A stretch of 64,000 nt of DNA from Ginglymostoma cirratum (Eukaryota): assembly GCA_024137785.1 (NCBI GenBank), contig JAHRHZ010000043.1, positions 31,834,813 through 31,898,812 on the forward strand, given 5' to 3'. Positions 1 to 11,260 of this stretch are shown one piece after another; within the stretch, counting starts at the first letter, position 1, and each line of letters opens with the position of its first letter. The notes beneath the pieces were generated by a model. It worked only from the letters and a program-made list of their open reading frames with translations. It had not been told where the DNA came from and ran no database searches. Both the position numbers and the translations under genes were made by a program.

Positions 1-50
1 AGATTTTGAAGCTTGTGAAATCCACATTGATGCCATTGGGCTGCAGGGTT
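1..50 (-). mobile_element. Penelope-like element fragment (end of GIY-YIG region), cut by window edge
   Basis: Matches the Penelope copy at 33297-33345 (gagattttaaaactggtgaattccatgtttaggccattgggctg). Confidence 0.7.
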
Positions 51-2110
51 ATGTTTGGTTAAATGGTCACCCAGTTCCCATGGGGATTGATACCGGTGCA
101 GCTGTACCTGTGGTTGCGGAATCGGTCTTTAACAAAATTCACTCAGGACTCCAATCCTTAAGACTGCGCAAACCTGCAGCCAGACTGAGAGCTTACACCG
201 GGGAATGGTTACAGATTAAGGGTATGACTTCAGTTCTGGTGTCCTATGAGCAGCCGCTGATGCAATTACCACTGATGGTAGTAAGCAGCTCGGGCCTAAG
301 CCTATTGGGTTGGAATTGTTTGAGAAAGATTCACCTGGATTGGCTCAGTGAAGTCCTAGTGAAATACCCAGGAGTATTTCAGGAAGGGCTTGGGCCTATA
401 AAAGGGACCAATGCCAATTTCCATATTGACCAGGAATCAATTCTGAGGAAGGGTCACCGGACACGAAACGTTAACTCTGTTTTCTCCTTCACAGATGCTG
501 CCAGACCTGCTGAGCTTTTCCAGCAACTTCTGTTTTTGTTCCTGATTTACAGCATCCGCAGTTCTTTCAGTTTTTATCATCATCTAAGGTGTTGGCCCAC
601 TGCAATCCAAAGCGAGAGGTAGTGTTGACATGCAATGCCTCCCCGAATAGTATTGGGGTAGTATTGGCTCACTGGTGGCCCAATGGAGAGGAACGCCTGA
701 CAGTACATGCTTTCTAAACTTCGGCTGATGCGGCACGCAAATATGCCCAGATAGAGAAGGAAGGTTCGGCAGTCATCTTTGGTGTGAGGATGTTTCACCA
801 GTACCTTTACCCGACAGGAATTAATAATAGCAACAGGTCACAAAGCCCTGCTAGGGCTACTGAAGGAAGACAAGGCAGTGCTGTCCGTAGCTTCCGGTAG
901 AATTCAGCACTGGGCCCTTATCCTCGGTGCATACAAGTTAGAACACCGTACAGGAAGTCAAGTTGTTAATGTGGTTGCCTTGAGCCACCTCCCACTGGCA
1001 GATTCTCCACCAATGGTGCCTGCCCTGGAAGAGTATGTTCTGGTTTTAAACCTCGTGGACATCCTTCCAGTCACTGCTGACAACATCTGACTGTGAACAC
1101 AAGAAGATCCCATCCTTGCAAAACTTAAACAGCTGATGGTAATGGGGGAGACAGAAGGGCCATCGCAACCCAGATTGAAACCTTTCTGGATCCGACGATA
1201 CCAGACCACCGCAGAGGACAGCATATTGCTTTGGGGAGCAAGGGTAATTGTCCTGAGTAAAGGTCACTGCCAGATACCGGCTGAACTCCACCAGGGTCAT
1301 CCAAGATGAAGATGCATGCTAGCGAAAAGCTATGTCTGGTGGCCAGGGTTGGATGCTGACACGTTGGTGGGCTAGTGGCCCAGAGTGCCAACAAGGACAA
1401 AAATTGCCACCAGCAGCATCCCCACATTCGCGGGAATGGCCGAGTGAACCCCAGTCTCAGTTGCATGTCAACTGTACAGGCCCTTTCATGGGCTCAATGT
1501 TCCTGGTCATTGTGGATGCCATTCAAAGTGGTTGGCCGTGCATAACGTTTGTTCGGTAAACTCAGATGACAACTGAGAAGCTGCAAGCATCGTTCATAAT
1601 ACACGGACTCCTGGGAATATTGGTCATGGACAGTAGGATGTATTTCCTAAAGTCAGCACATAAGGACAGGTCCGTACCATCCATTATCCAATGGTCTGGC
1701 AGAAAGAGCAGTCCAAACATTGAAGGCGGACTTAAAGAAGCAGCCTACAGTATCCATTGATATCAAACTGTCCCAGTTCCTGTTTGATTATAGGACTGTC
1801 CCTCACACAACAACAGGAATAGCTCCAGCAGAGTAGCTGATGGGGAGGAGACTCTGTACCAGTTAGACTTGATATTCCCAGACCTGGCGGGAGGGTGAAC
1901 GCAGGAACAGCAGGAACGCCAATACCAGCCACATGCTGCCTCTAAGTGGGAAGGACAATTTAATTAGGGGGACGACGTTTGATGCCAGAACCGTGGAATT
2001 AGCCCTGTAAGAGTACAAGGCAAGATTGATGTGAGGTCAGGCCTCGTCACTTACAAAGTTCAGGTGGGTGATACAGTCTTGAACAAACGCGTGGATCATC
2101 TGAAAGCTGT
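51..2110 (+). pseudogene. pol: Gypsy pol polyprotein remnant with stops and frameshifts
   Basis: ORF fragments 80..622, 878..1090, 1332..1559 and 1566..1760 carry PR, RH and IN motifs in Gypsy order. Confidence 0.85.
441..577 (+). mobile_element. Penelope terminal-repeat fragment with hammerhead core, inserted in Gypsy pol
   Basis: CTGAGGA-AGGGTCACCGGACAC-GAAACGTT followed by cagatgctgccagacctgctgag, shared with 14300-14500 and 22810-22995. Confidence 0.75.
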
Positions 2111-2435
2111 TACCTCACAAACAGGGCAGGAGCAGATCGCACCTGGCCCCTCAAAACAGCCAAAAGGCCTGTTGTAAAATGTAGGTTCTCCCCCTCCGTC
2201 GAGCAAACCTCAGAGCCTAAGAGGGATGCAACTTCGATACTGTTACCGCTGAAAGAAGAGGAGGAAACTCTCCTGAGGCGGTCAAGATGCGAGAGGGTGG
2301 CTACGGTCCGGTACACGCTGCCCGTGTCAGAGTCCGAATCGGAAGAACTGGACTTGGGGCAAAAGCTTTACAGGAAAAGCTACAGGCCAAAGACCAGGCC
2401 AACATCCCAGCACTTGGGGTGGGGGAGGATGTGGA

Positions 2436-2658
2436 TGTAGCGATTGGAACCAGGTTGACCTCATTGATGGCAAGGTCATTGATTGGTCCAGGTTAGGACC
2501 AATCAGGAAAGCCCTGGCTGATCAATATAACCAGGAGATGAGAATCTCCTCAGTTCAGGAGACTGACTCTCAGCTGGCTGGCCATAGCCAGAGTACTGTA
2601 CACAAGCAAATAAAGGGTAGCTTGGTGATGGGATACCGGCCTTTGTGCAGTTATTTCA
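2436..2658 (+). repeat. Gypsy 3' LTR
   Basis: TGTAGCGATTG...TTATTTCA (TG..CA) after the PPT; CCAAT and AATAAA inside; homologous to 36332-36567 and 26845-26965. Confidence 0.85.
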
Positions 2659-2719
2659 GCTACCCTCCCATTAAGAGAGTGCTATCTATCTGGTTTATCC
2701 ATCTTATCTATCTATCTTT

Positions 2720-3063
2720 CACAGAATCCCTACTGTTGGAAGCAGGCCATTCAGCCCAAAGAGTCTACACCAACCCTCTAAAGAGCATCACACGCAGACC
2801 TGCCCCCTGAACGTATCCCCATAACCCTGCATTTCTCATGGCTAATCCATCTTGCCTGCACGTCTCTGGACATTATGGGCAATTTAGCATGGCCAATCTG
2901 CCTAACCTACACATCTTTGTCCTGAGGGAGGAAACCAGAGCACCTGAAGGAAGCACACACAGACACAGGCAGAATGTGCAAATTCCATACAGTCACCCAA
3001 GGCTGGAATCAAACCCAAGCCCCTGGATCTGTGAAGCAGCAGTGCTAGCCACTGAACTGCCCC
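2720..3063 (-). mobile_element. HE1-type V-SINE
   Basis: tRNA-like head, V-domain and CR1-like tail; 11 copies in this window. Confidence 0.9.
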
Positions 3064-4630
3064 AATCTATCTGTTTGTCTACTGATCTGTCTGTCTATAT
3101 ATTTATTCATCTCATTCTCGTAAACAGTTCGGGTTTGATTAAAAGTCTGGTATGCACTGTACCCTCGCAGCTAGGTAAGTGTGGAAATGTTGCAACACAG
3201 CTTCAGACCTCGAGGCAGTGAGATAGCAACCACAAATGCAAATTGGGCTTTTCTGGTGATCACATGAAGATGACTTTGACTGCAGCAATAATGTCATTCA
3301 CACTCAAAAGGCTTAGCCTCGAAAATTGGAGGAAACTTTTGCTTTAACTTGATTTTCAGCATGTTGGTGTCATTGACATAGCCTGCCCGGTTTAATTGAA
3401 AAGAAGCCAATGGAATTCCACAAATCTTTTCAGTGAGTTTGATAAATGTGCATTGTTTACAAGGCCACTTAAGAGTCAACCATGTTAATTTGTGATCAGG
3501 GTCACTTATGGGGTAATGAAAGTAAGAACAGCTGGTTATGCTTCCCTAAAAGGAATTGGTGAACACAATTGGAGGATTGCAAAAATTTCAACAGCGTGAG
3601 GCAGCATCATGAAACAAAATAGGGCTTGAACTGATGTTTTAAAATTATTATTCTGGTACACAGCTTTTTGTGACCTAAATGCAGCGGCAGTGAATGTTGT
3701 ATAGGTGTCAAGGAATGTTAGATATAATAGGCAACCAGATAGAAAGCCCCTCAGAAAACAGAGATAGCATAGGGTTAAAGGATTAAGTCATCCCTTTCAT
3801 ATTCAGCTTCTCTCTACAAATAAAAGAGGATTAATCTTCATCACAGGCATCATTTTATTCAGGCGAAATGAGGCTTGAATTCTGTTTATGTGTTCATTCT
3901 ACATTCTAAAACTACCAACATGATGTATCTGTAGGCCTGCAGACAATAATGATTTTTCTTCCCTGATGCACATGTTAAGCATGTCATGTTCCCCCTTACA
4001 TAACACTGTTACACTAGTGTGACCTCTAGTTCCATCACGTGGCTATGATATGAATGAGGTAATGTTTCTGATATAGGGATTGGAGAAAAACCTCTGGCAC
4101 AGAACCAGCTCAATCTTCTACTGACAATGTCACAGACAAATGCAAATGACTAATTTTTCTGGCCTGCGTCCATAACTACCTAACCCTAACCTTATTGTCA
4201 AAGGTTGTTTGACCACGATGGTCATCCTTTGTTTTATACTTTCTACTGACATTTTGAGCTGGATTCTCTGGGCAGCAATCAGAGCAGGTAATACATTCAG
4301 GATCTCATACCATATCTGTTGTGACCCGATTTCTGAATTAAAACGCTTTCAGGAACTGACTTGAAAGAGTTTCCCCAAATCTATGGACAACATTGATTCT
4401 TTCTAAACTAATAAGATGTCCTCCAAGACACGTAGCAATGGGAAACTGAACTCCAAAGGAGGGTAGCCTTGTGGAGGGAGAATGATAAATCTATTTTAAT
4501 GGCTCAGCCTCAGAACACAAAACAGGAGGACAGTCAGCAAGAGAGTTGAGTGTTCCCAAGACTGCCTGCTGGGTCAATGGCAAGTCCACATTCCTGAAAC
4601 AGTCCTGCTCATGGGTCCACATGTTTTAAA

Positions 4631-5378
4631 CCATCATCATTATTTGCAGTCCCTCACAGATGAGCATGGCTGTCTACCACTGTCAGGGTGAGTCTGCAGG
4701 TGTCTGTACAGACCTATAAGGCTACCGCAGGCTCTGTTACACATGGGGCAGAAGATGGTTGTGAGAAGGGGCGGGTTTGGTGTTGGTGGGGCAACACGCT
4801 CCTTTCGCTGTTTACACCTGGCTTCCGCATTTTCCCAATAGCAAGTCTCAAGTTGCTCAATGCCTTCCTGGATGTTCCTCCTTCTCTTTTGGAAGTCTTG
4901 GGCCAGTGATTCCCAGGTGCCTGTGGGAATGTCGTACTTCATGAGTGAGGCCTTGAGGGTATCACTGAAGCATTTCCTCTGCCCACCTGGGGCTCACCTG
5001 CCATTACGAAGCTGGGAGTAGAGCACCTGCTTGGGGAGTCTCACATCGGTCATGTGGACAACATATCCAGCCCATTGTAGCTGGTCAAGGGTGGTCAGTG
5101 CCTCAATGCTGGGGACGTTGGCCTGTTCGAGGATGCTTGTATCAGTGGATCTTTCTTCCCAGTGGATCACATATGGACCAAATGCCCAAGACCCCACCTC
5201 ACTGCTGGCCAAGGGCGGAGTGATGTTTTTTAATGACAAAGAAACCATCAAACAGCACCGGGGACAGTACTTCAGAGACCTCCTCAACCAAGGATCTGTC
5301 ATTGATCTAAGCAACTTTGAACACATCCTACAGCATGCTGCACGTCACAAGCTCAGCAATACCCCAGCCCTGTATGAA
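4631..5378 (-). mobile_element. RTE-clade LINE 3' fragment (4631-~5170, minus) with inverted internal segment (~5170-5378, plus)
   Basis: QLQWAGYVVHMTDVRLPKQVLYSQL, C-terminal CPMCNRACGSLIGLYRHLQTH, (ATG)n tail, flanking gttttaaa duplication. Confidence 0.88.
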
Positions 5379-5524
5379 GTTTTAAATGTATTTGTTCAAA
5401 ATGTCTTTACGTTTAGCCCCGTGTCCTTTTTTTTTTGGAATGGCCACTGCAGGCACTTCTGTGAATTCAAGGCTAAGGTGGCCTGGGGATCTGATTTATG
5501 TAAAGAACCATGATTTACAGAAAT

Positions 5525-5980
5525 GTTTTAGCTCTCCCTAGAAGGTGGTGTGCAGAGTCCAGACCACCATGAAAGCCAGCCTCCCATCCGTGGACTCCAT
5601 TTACACCTCTCGTTGCTGCAGAAAGTTTACCAACATCATCAAAGACCCCTCCCACCTCTGTAATGCTCTCCTACAACCTCTTTCATCAGGCAGAAGGTAC
5701 AGAAGCTTGAACACACACACCAGCAGGTTCTCTGCTGTTTCTAGACTGCTGAATGGACCTCTCTAACTTCAAATAATGTTGATCTTGTTAATGTTATTAA
5801 TGCTGACGTTGCTTCATGCATGGCCTGTGTGGTGTAAATTGTAGGCCTCACTGTGTCCAAGCTTTTTCACTCTATGATCTGTATGTCCTTATTTACTATG
5901 TAAATAAGCCTGTACTGCCTGCAAACAAAGCTTTTCACTGTATTTAGGGACATGTCACAATAAATCAAACCAAATCAATA
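5525..5980 (+). mobile_element. Rex1/Babar-clade LINE 3' end
   Basis: LPSVDSIYTSRCCRKFTNIIKDPSH..QPLSSGRRYRSL; 3' end ttttcactgta..tgtcacaataaa plus (aatca)n. Confidence 0.85.
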
Positions 5981-6639
5981 TGCCTGAGCACTCGAGTATT
6001 TCAGAACAGCATGAGGCGAGAGTGAATATTTAACAACACTTCCCCTGCCATTACCCAACCTCCATCCAGTTTCCAGCTGATTGTGGTAGGATTGTTACAA
6101 TTCCATCACCATCTCATGAACCCACCCCAACCTGTAAGCAGCAAGTTGAGATGTCTGTGATGGTTGGGAGCTCTCTTGGCTCGTCAGAGTCTGGCTGCTC
6201 CAGCGTAGATTTTGACCTCATTTCATTATCAAGTCCAGACTGAGTGCCAATCACAGCTGCCAAAAAAACTGAACTAGAGAAGGGCTGGTTATGAATTAGT
6301 ACAGACAAGTTAATCAACAGGCATTCAAAAACATACATAAATATCAGGACAACTCGCAATCTCATAGTGTAATATTATTGATGAACGTAACATTCATCTA
6401 TGTGATATTAACACTAAATTATTTAAAAGAATGAGTTTGTATCAATGGGTAGAAAGAGGATCTGTACAGAAACATTTTAATCTTGCATAGTTATAAGCCA
6501 ATAATTAGGTCACTTTCAACAAACCTCACTATGTGATCATCCGAGCACAACAGCATGAATTAAATGCGTACTTCTGTTTCACCATTTCATGTTCATCAGA
6601 AAGCTGTAAGTTTAGGTTCCATGACAGAGATATAATGCA

Positions 6640-6790
6640 GGCTAACACTTCAGCATTGAGGGAGCCTGTTCTGTTGGAACTGTTATCTTTTGACGGAGAA
6701 ATTAAACTCAGATCCCATCAGCCCACTCAGCTGAACGTAAAAAGTCCCGAGACATTATTTTAACAAGGACAGAGGAATTATTAGTTCGTG
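6640..6790 (+). mobile_element. Old Deu-domain SINE fragment
   Basis: ctcagctgaacgtaaaaagtcccgagacattatttt resembles the Deu core; related to 55945-56300. Confidence 0.55.
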
Positions 6791-7149
6791 ACTTGGTTCC
6801 ACTTTTCCACTGAAGCACAGTCCAATGCCTGGATGCGTCTTCAAATAACTTATGTCCTGTTTTGTATTTGAATGGGCCCCCTCTACTCAAGAGTGACAAA
6901 GGTGTGGCTGCAGTAGGTTTCTACAAAACTCCTGTATGAAAACCATAGTGTCTTCTACACTTCAATGAAGTAAATCTCTCTTTGGTACACATTGTTCACT
7001 CTCTACTCTCAGCCACTAACAGATGACTGCAGATATCACTGTTGTATCGTCTTGTACATCACTATTTCATCACAGTTAACCCTGCGTCCTGACCAGTATT
7101 CATCCTTAAATGAACATATCCCAGAAAGCAAACTATCTGGCCAATTTTC

Positions 7150-7315
7150 AGTTTTTTAACATTGTTTTCTTTATTGTTTCTGCTTTATATCAAGATTCTG
7201 TACCTCAGTACCTTTGACCCTAAGATGGCTCTGTAAGTGGCGACTTGGAAGCTTTTCACTGTACTTATGAGAGTACCAGTGACAATAAAGCTAATTCAAT
7301 TCACTTCAATTCAAT
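7150..7315 (+). mobile_element. 3' end of Rex1-tailed composite retroposon
   Basis: aagattctgtacc..taagatggc..ttttcactgtac..gtgacaataaa plus (aattc)n; shared with the copies ending at 11260, 21912 and 41070. Confidence 0.7.
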
Positions 7316-7614
7316 TGTACTTGGCAGACTCTGGGACCTTACCAGGGAAAAGTTAACTGTCATATTTCTGACATTACAACAGAACTTCCACAGTGTTTCA
7401 CAGGATATAAGACAAAAAAACCCCCCTTAAGTTAATAGTGTATATAGATTGGAATCTAGGTTATAAACTTACCTAAATCTGTATTTATTTCTAAATGTTG
7501 TCTGCACAAGTTTGAAAAAAAAACTCATATCATTGTGCAAAATGTCCAGGTGACTTTATACTTGACAGGGCTACTCACTGTCAAAACGAGAACTCACTAA
7601 CTTGGTCGAGACTG

Positions 7615-8118
7615 TGGAGATTGGGCTTATATTCACTACAACTTTGAAGAATGTGAGGTGTGCTTATTGAAGTATCTAGAGCTAGGATGCACAGTCTCAG
7701 TCACAGTAAGATGTAGGGTCATTTAGGGCAACAATGAGGGGGAGAGTCTTCACTCAGACAGTGGTGGATCTTGGAATTCTGTATCCCAACAGAGCTGCGG
7801 GAGCTCAATCATTGAGAATATTGAAGACAGAGGTCAGTATGGGGTTACATTCCTTCAAAGTATGGCATCTGTTTGGACGTCCTGCCCATGCTGATTGGCA
7901 CACCAATGCCATTCCACGATTTGACTTCTGGTTTCGTAGTTTGCTGCCACACTCTGACTTCAAAGGTCTGTGCAACAGAAAAAGAGATTAGAGGGATAAT
8001 TAATTTGGGGATATTTCGAGAAAGTGGCATTGAGATAGAATCTCAGCCTGGATCAAGATCATTGGCAGAACAGGCTTGAACAGCCAAATAACTTACTCCT
8101 ACTTCCTGTGTTCCTATA
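7615..8118 (+). mobile_element. CR1 LINE 3' fragment interrupted by a ~145 bp insert
   Basis: RGRVFTQTVVDLG motif and CR1 3'UTR (gaacaggcttgaacagccaaat..actcct). Confidence 0.75.
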
Positions 8119-9251
8119 TATCTATCCACATTTTCCATACTGGAACTAAATAACCCTCTTTCACTCAGTCAGTCTTAACTGACTTTTGATATCAGATATA
8201 GCTATAGTGCTGTTGGAGATTGCAAATTTGGGGTAAGGCACACTGTTAGTGCAGAAATGAAGCTTTGCTCTGCCCCTCTTCACTGCTAAATGTGTGAACA
8301 TTTAATGTTGACACTGGAAGTAGTGAAAAGTTCCATTGCCTGGCGTTGACGTCCTTCATCTTAATAAACAAACAGCAACAAAGCAGAGAATAATAAATTA
8401 CTGATGGTCAGGCTCCCTGTCTAAACAATGAGAGATTACTTGCTCTGTTGCCTTCACAAGTTCCAGCAGGATTCTGACAGTTTTCAAAACAGAATAATGA
8501 ATGACATTTGACACCTGTCACAGTGCCGAATGTTAGATAAAGCAATCAAATGTTAATTATATTTGGCCGATCTATCAATGCTGGGACTAGCTCAATCAGA
8601 CTGACAGTGTCTAAGGGGAAGGGAAGGAACGAACGCTGAGAGGGAGCAGAGTGTGGGCCGATCTCCTCATCTTTTACCACTGATGTTGAGTGGGATACCA
8701 TAAAGTACCGCCATTGATTCGGTCAGCCTATAAATTAGCTTCAGATCTCCCCTCCTCCTATGGTCTGATAATTATTTTTTAAAAAGTTAAGATTGATGAA
8801 ATCTTCATTGTCTTCTTCCCCACTATTTTCTTCAACTTGCGCTACGGCCCCAGGCTGAGGAAGAAAAGCTCCGCATCACTATTCCTGCCAAGGTGGAACA
8901 AAAGAATTCGCCTGAGAGTAAATGCTAATATGTAGAAGAGACCAATCATGAAGTGGGGTTAATGCCATCAATACCTCCCGTCACATTGCACTGGGTCAAT
9001 ACAGATGGCCTGAGCTGGAAGCCTTTCAGACCAAATCAGTTTGAACACACCACAGTGGTATTTGGATTGTTTTATTTTCAAACAGAGCTGCAACAGAAGG
9101 AATATTATCCCTTTCATATACTGTGAAAGGCATATCAGGTGACACAACAATACCTCTCCATTTATCCTGTCCCTACATTGTCCCATAGCCTTAACAAGAG
9201 CATTTTGATATTCATAGACAGTCTACCAGGGCATGATGAAGTTGCTTCTCA

Positions 9252-9603
9252 AGAATCATCATAGAATCCCTACAATGTGGCAGCAGGCCATTCAGCCCAT
9301 TGAGTCCACACCAACACTTCAAAGAGCAGCCGACCCAGACCACCCCTTCTCTGTAACCCTGCATTTCCCATGGCTCATGTGCCTAACCACACCCCTGGAC
9401 ACTACGGGCAATTTCCCATGGCCAATCCACTTAACCTGTAGATCTTTGGACTGTGGGAGGAAACCAGAGCACCCAGAGGAAACCCACACAGACATGGGGA
9501 GAATGTGCAAACTCCACACAGACAATCACTCAAGGCTGGAATCAAAGCTGGGTCCGTGGCGCCGTGAGGCAGCAGTGCTAACCACTGAGCCACCATGCTG
9601 CCC
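9252..9603 (-). mobile_element. HE1-type V-SINE
   Basis: Full tRNA head, V-domain and CR1 tail. Confidence 0.92.
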
Positions 9604-9779
9604 CAAAATGTTATCAAACAAAATTTGACACTAATTGTACAAGGGGATTAAATGCTTGGTTAAGGGACTTTTTTTTTAGAAGGAATATCTTTAAGAAAGT
9701 TTGGTAAACATGTAGAAAGAAGGGAATTGCAGACTTTAGAGCACCGAAGAATGGCTTTCCTCACTTCTCGACTAACCTG

Positions 9780-10115
9780 TAAATTAAAGGGTATTGGGGG
9801 TCTGTGGGAGTGCAAGGCTGAGGCCACAACTGGATCAGCCATGATCTCACTGAAAGGCAGAGCAGGCTTGAAGAACTGAACGGTCTACTTCTGTGATAAC
9901 AAGGTGTAGAGCGGGATGAACACAGCAGGCCAAGCAGCAACAGAGGAGCAGGAAAACTGACGTTTCTGGTCGAGACCTTGACCATCAGCTTTTCTGCTCC
10001 TCTGATGCTGCTTGGCCTGCTATGTTCTTCCAGCTCTACACCTTGTTATCTCAGATTCTCCAGCTTCTGCAGTTCCTACTAGCTCGGTCTACTTCTGTTC
10101 CTGATTTATATGTTC
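9780..10115 (+). mobile_element. CR1 3'UTR remnant split by a hairpin element
   Basis: ggatcagccatgatctcactgaaaggcagagcaggcttgaag. Confidence 0.65.
9895..10084. mobile_element. Penelope-terminus hairpin element with 14 bp TSD
   Basis: Inverted arms; cggtctacttctgt at 9881-9894 and 10085-10098. Confidence 0.85.
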
Positions 10116-10264
10116 ACTGTACAGTTGGACGGTATTTTCTCCTTCTCCATGCCAATCATCCCATGAGCTTTCTGATAGAGACTGTCAACTAGTGGGCCAT
10201 TCTGTACTTCAGTCACAATCCCCACAAAACTGATTTGTGTGAGGGCACATTGTAGCCACATGTT

Positions 10265-10438
10265 TTGAATATCAATCTACTTCATTATGAAAAGAATTTC
10301 TTTGCATTACAAAATAATATCTTAAAAAAAGTACTCGCTCATGATATTTTTACTTTCTACTTTCATCCTGCAGGTTCCCATCATTTATTTCACAATCAGT
10401 GTTGTAAAATTTAAACTCGAGAGCCCAAAGGAATCAGA
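10265..10438 (+). repeat. Local direct duplication, copy 1 (copy 2 at 12496-12670)
   Basis: ttgaatatcaatctacttcatt...cctgcaggttcc...gtgttgtaaaatttaaa...cccaaagg alignable over ~175 bp. Confidence 0.9.
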
Positions 10439-10680
10439 CTAAAAAGAAGTTGAATATAGATCTGAGAAATACTTGAATACTTTTAAAAAAGGAAAGAATT
10501 GTCAAGCCAAGGGGAAATCGCACCAATTGATTGGTTCTTTCAAAAATCTGATGCAAGACCAGGAGTTTCTCTGAGCTGTAAGGTTTTATGGTTCTATGAC
10601 ACAGCAGTTGCCATTAAGTGACCATTACAATCTCGACAGAACATAAAGGACGAAGTTTGGTTTTTCCATTTCAGAATGGC

Positions 10681-10890
10681 TGAGGGCTAGAGCAGAGCGG
10701 GTTGGAGGCTTGGGGTGGAGTTCACTGAGGGCCGGAGTGGAATGAGTTAGAGGCTGGGGGTGGAGTGCACTGAGGGCTGGAGCTGAGCGGATTGGAGGCT
10801 GAGGGTGGAGTGCACTAAGGGCCAGAGTGGAGTGGGTTGGAGGCTTGAGGTGGAGTGCACTGAGGGCTGGAGCAGAGCGGGTTGAAGGTA
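10681..10890 (+). repeat. G-rich 45 bp minisatellite, ~4.5 units, alternating A/B variants
   Basis: Unit ggttggaggcttggggtggagtgcactgagggc(cggagtggaatg or tggagcagagcg). Confidence 0.9.
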
Positions 10891-11260
10891 TGGAGCTAAG
10901 TGAGGATGGTTGTTGGACTTGGGTCTGGTGCAGGCGATCAGCAGCTTACGAGCCTGGACAGACCACATGAGGAAGCCCCTGCACTGATCAACTGCAAAGT
11001 AATGCTTACCTGAAATTTGTTTATCTGACTGTAATGTATATCCTTCTAACTATGTCTTGAAACTTATCCTATGAATCATTGTTAAGTTAATGGAACTATT
11101 TTTCTTCTTTATTCCTCTTTTTGTATGTAAGATTTGTACCAAGGTACTTAGTACCTAAGATGACACCATGAGAAGCAACATTGTAAACTTTTCATTGTCC
11201 TCCTGTACTTCTGTACTTGAGCACACGTGACAATAGAGCCTAATTCTAATTCCAAATTCT
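10681..11260 (+). mobile_element. Composite retroposon: VNTR head plus Rex1-like tail
   Basis: Shared 3' block ending cacgtgacaatagagcc(taattc)n. Confidence 0.65.

Larger units (their letters stand above)
51..2658 (+). mobile_element. Ty3/Gypsy LTR retrotransposon, degenerate 3' part (protease, RNase H, integrase, PPT, 3' LTR); RT missing
   Basis: Protease LNGHPVPMGIDTGAAV; RNase H VLAHCNPKREVVLTCNASP and YAQIEKEGSAVIFGV; integrase HQGHP, YVWWPGLD and GPFMGSMFLVIVDA; purine tract near 2416-2429. Confidence 0.93.

Noticed and set aside
10681-10890. CRISPR-like array
   Set aside because: Units are contiguous tandem copies without unique spacers, in a eukaryotic context.
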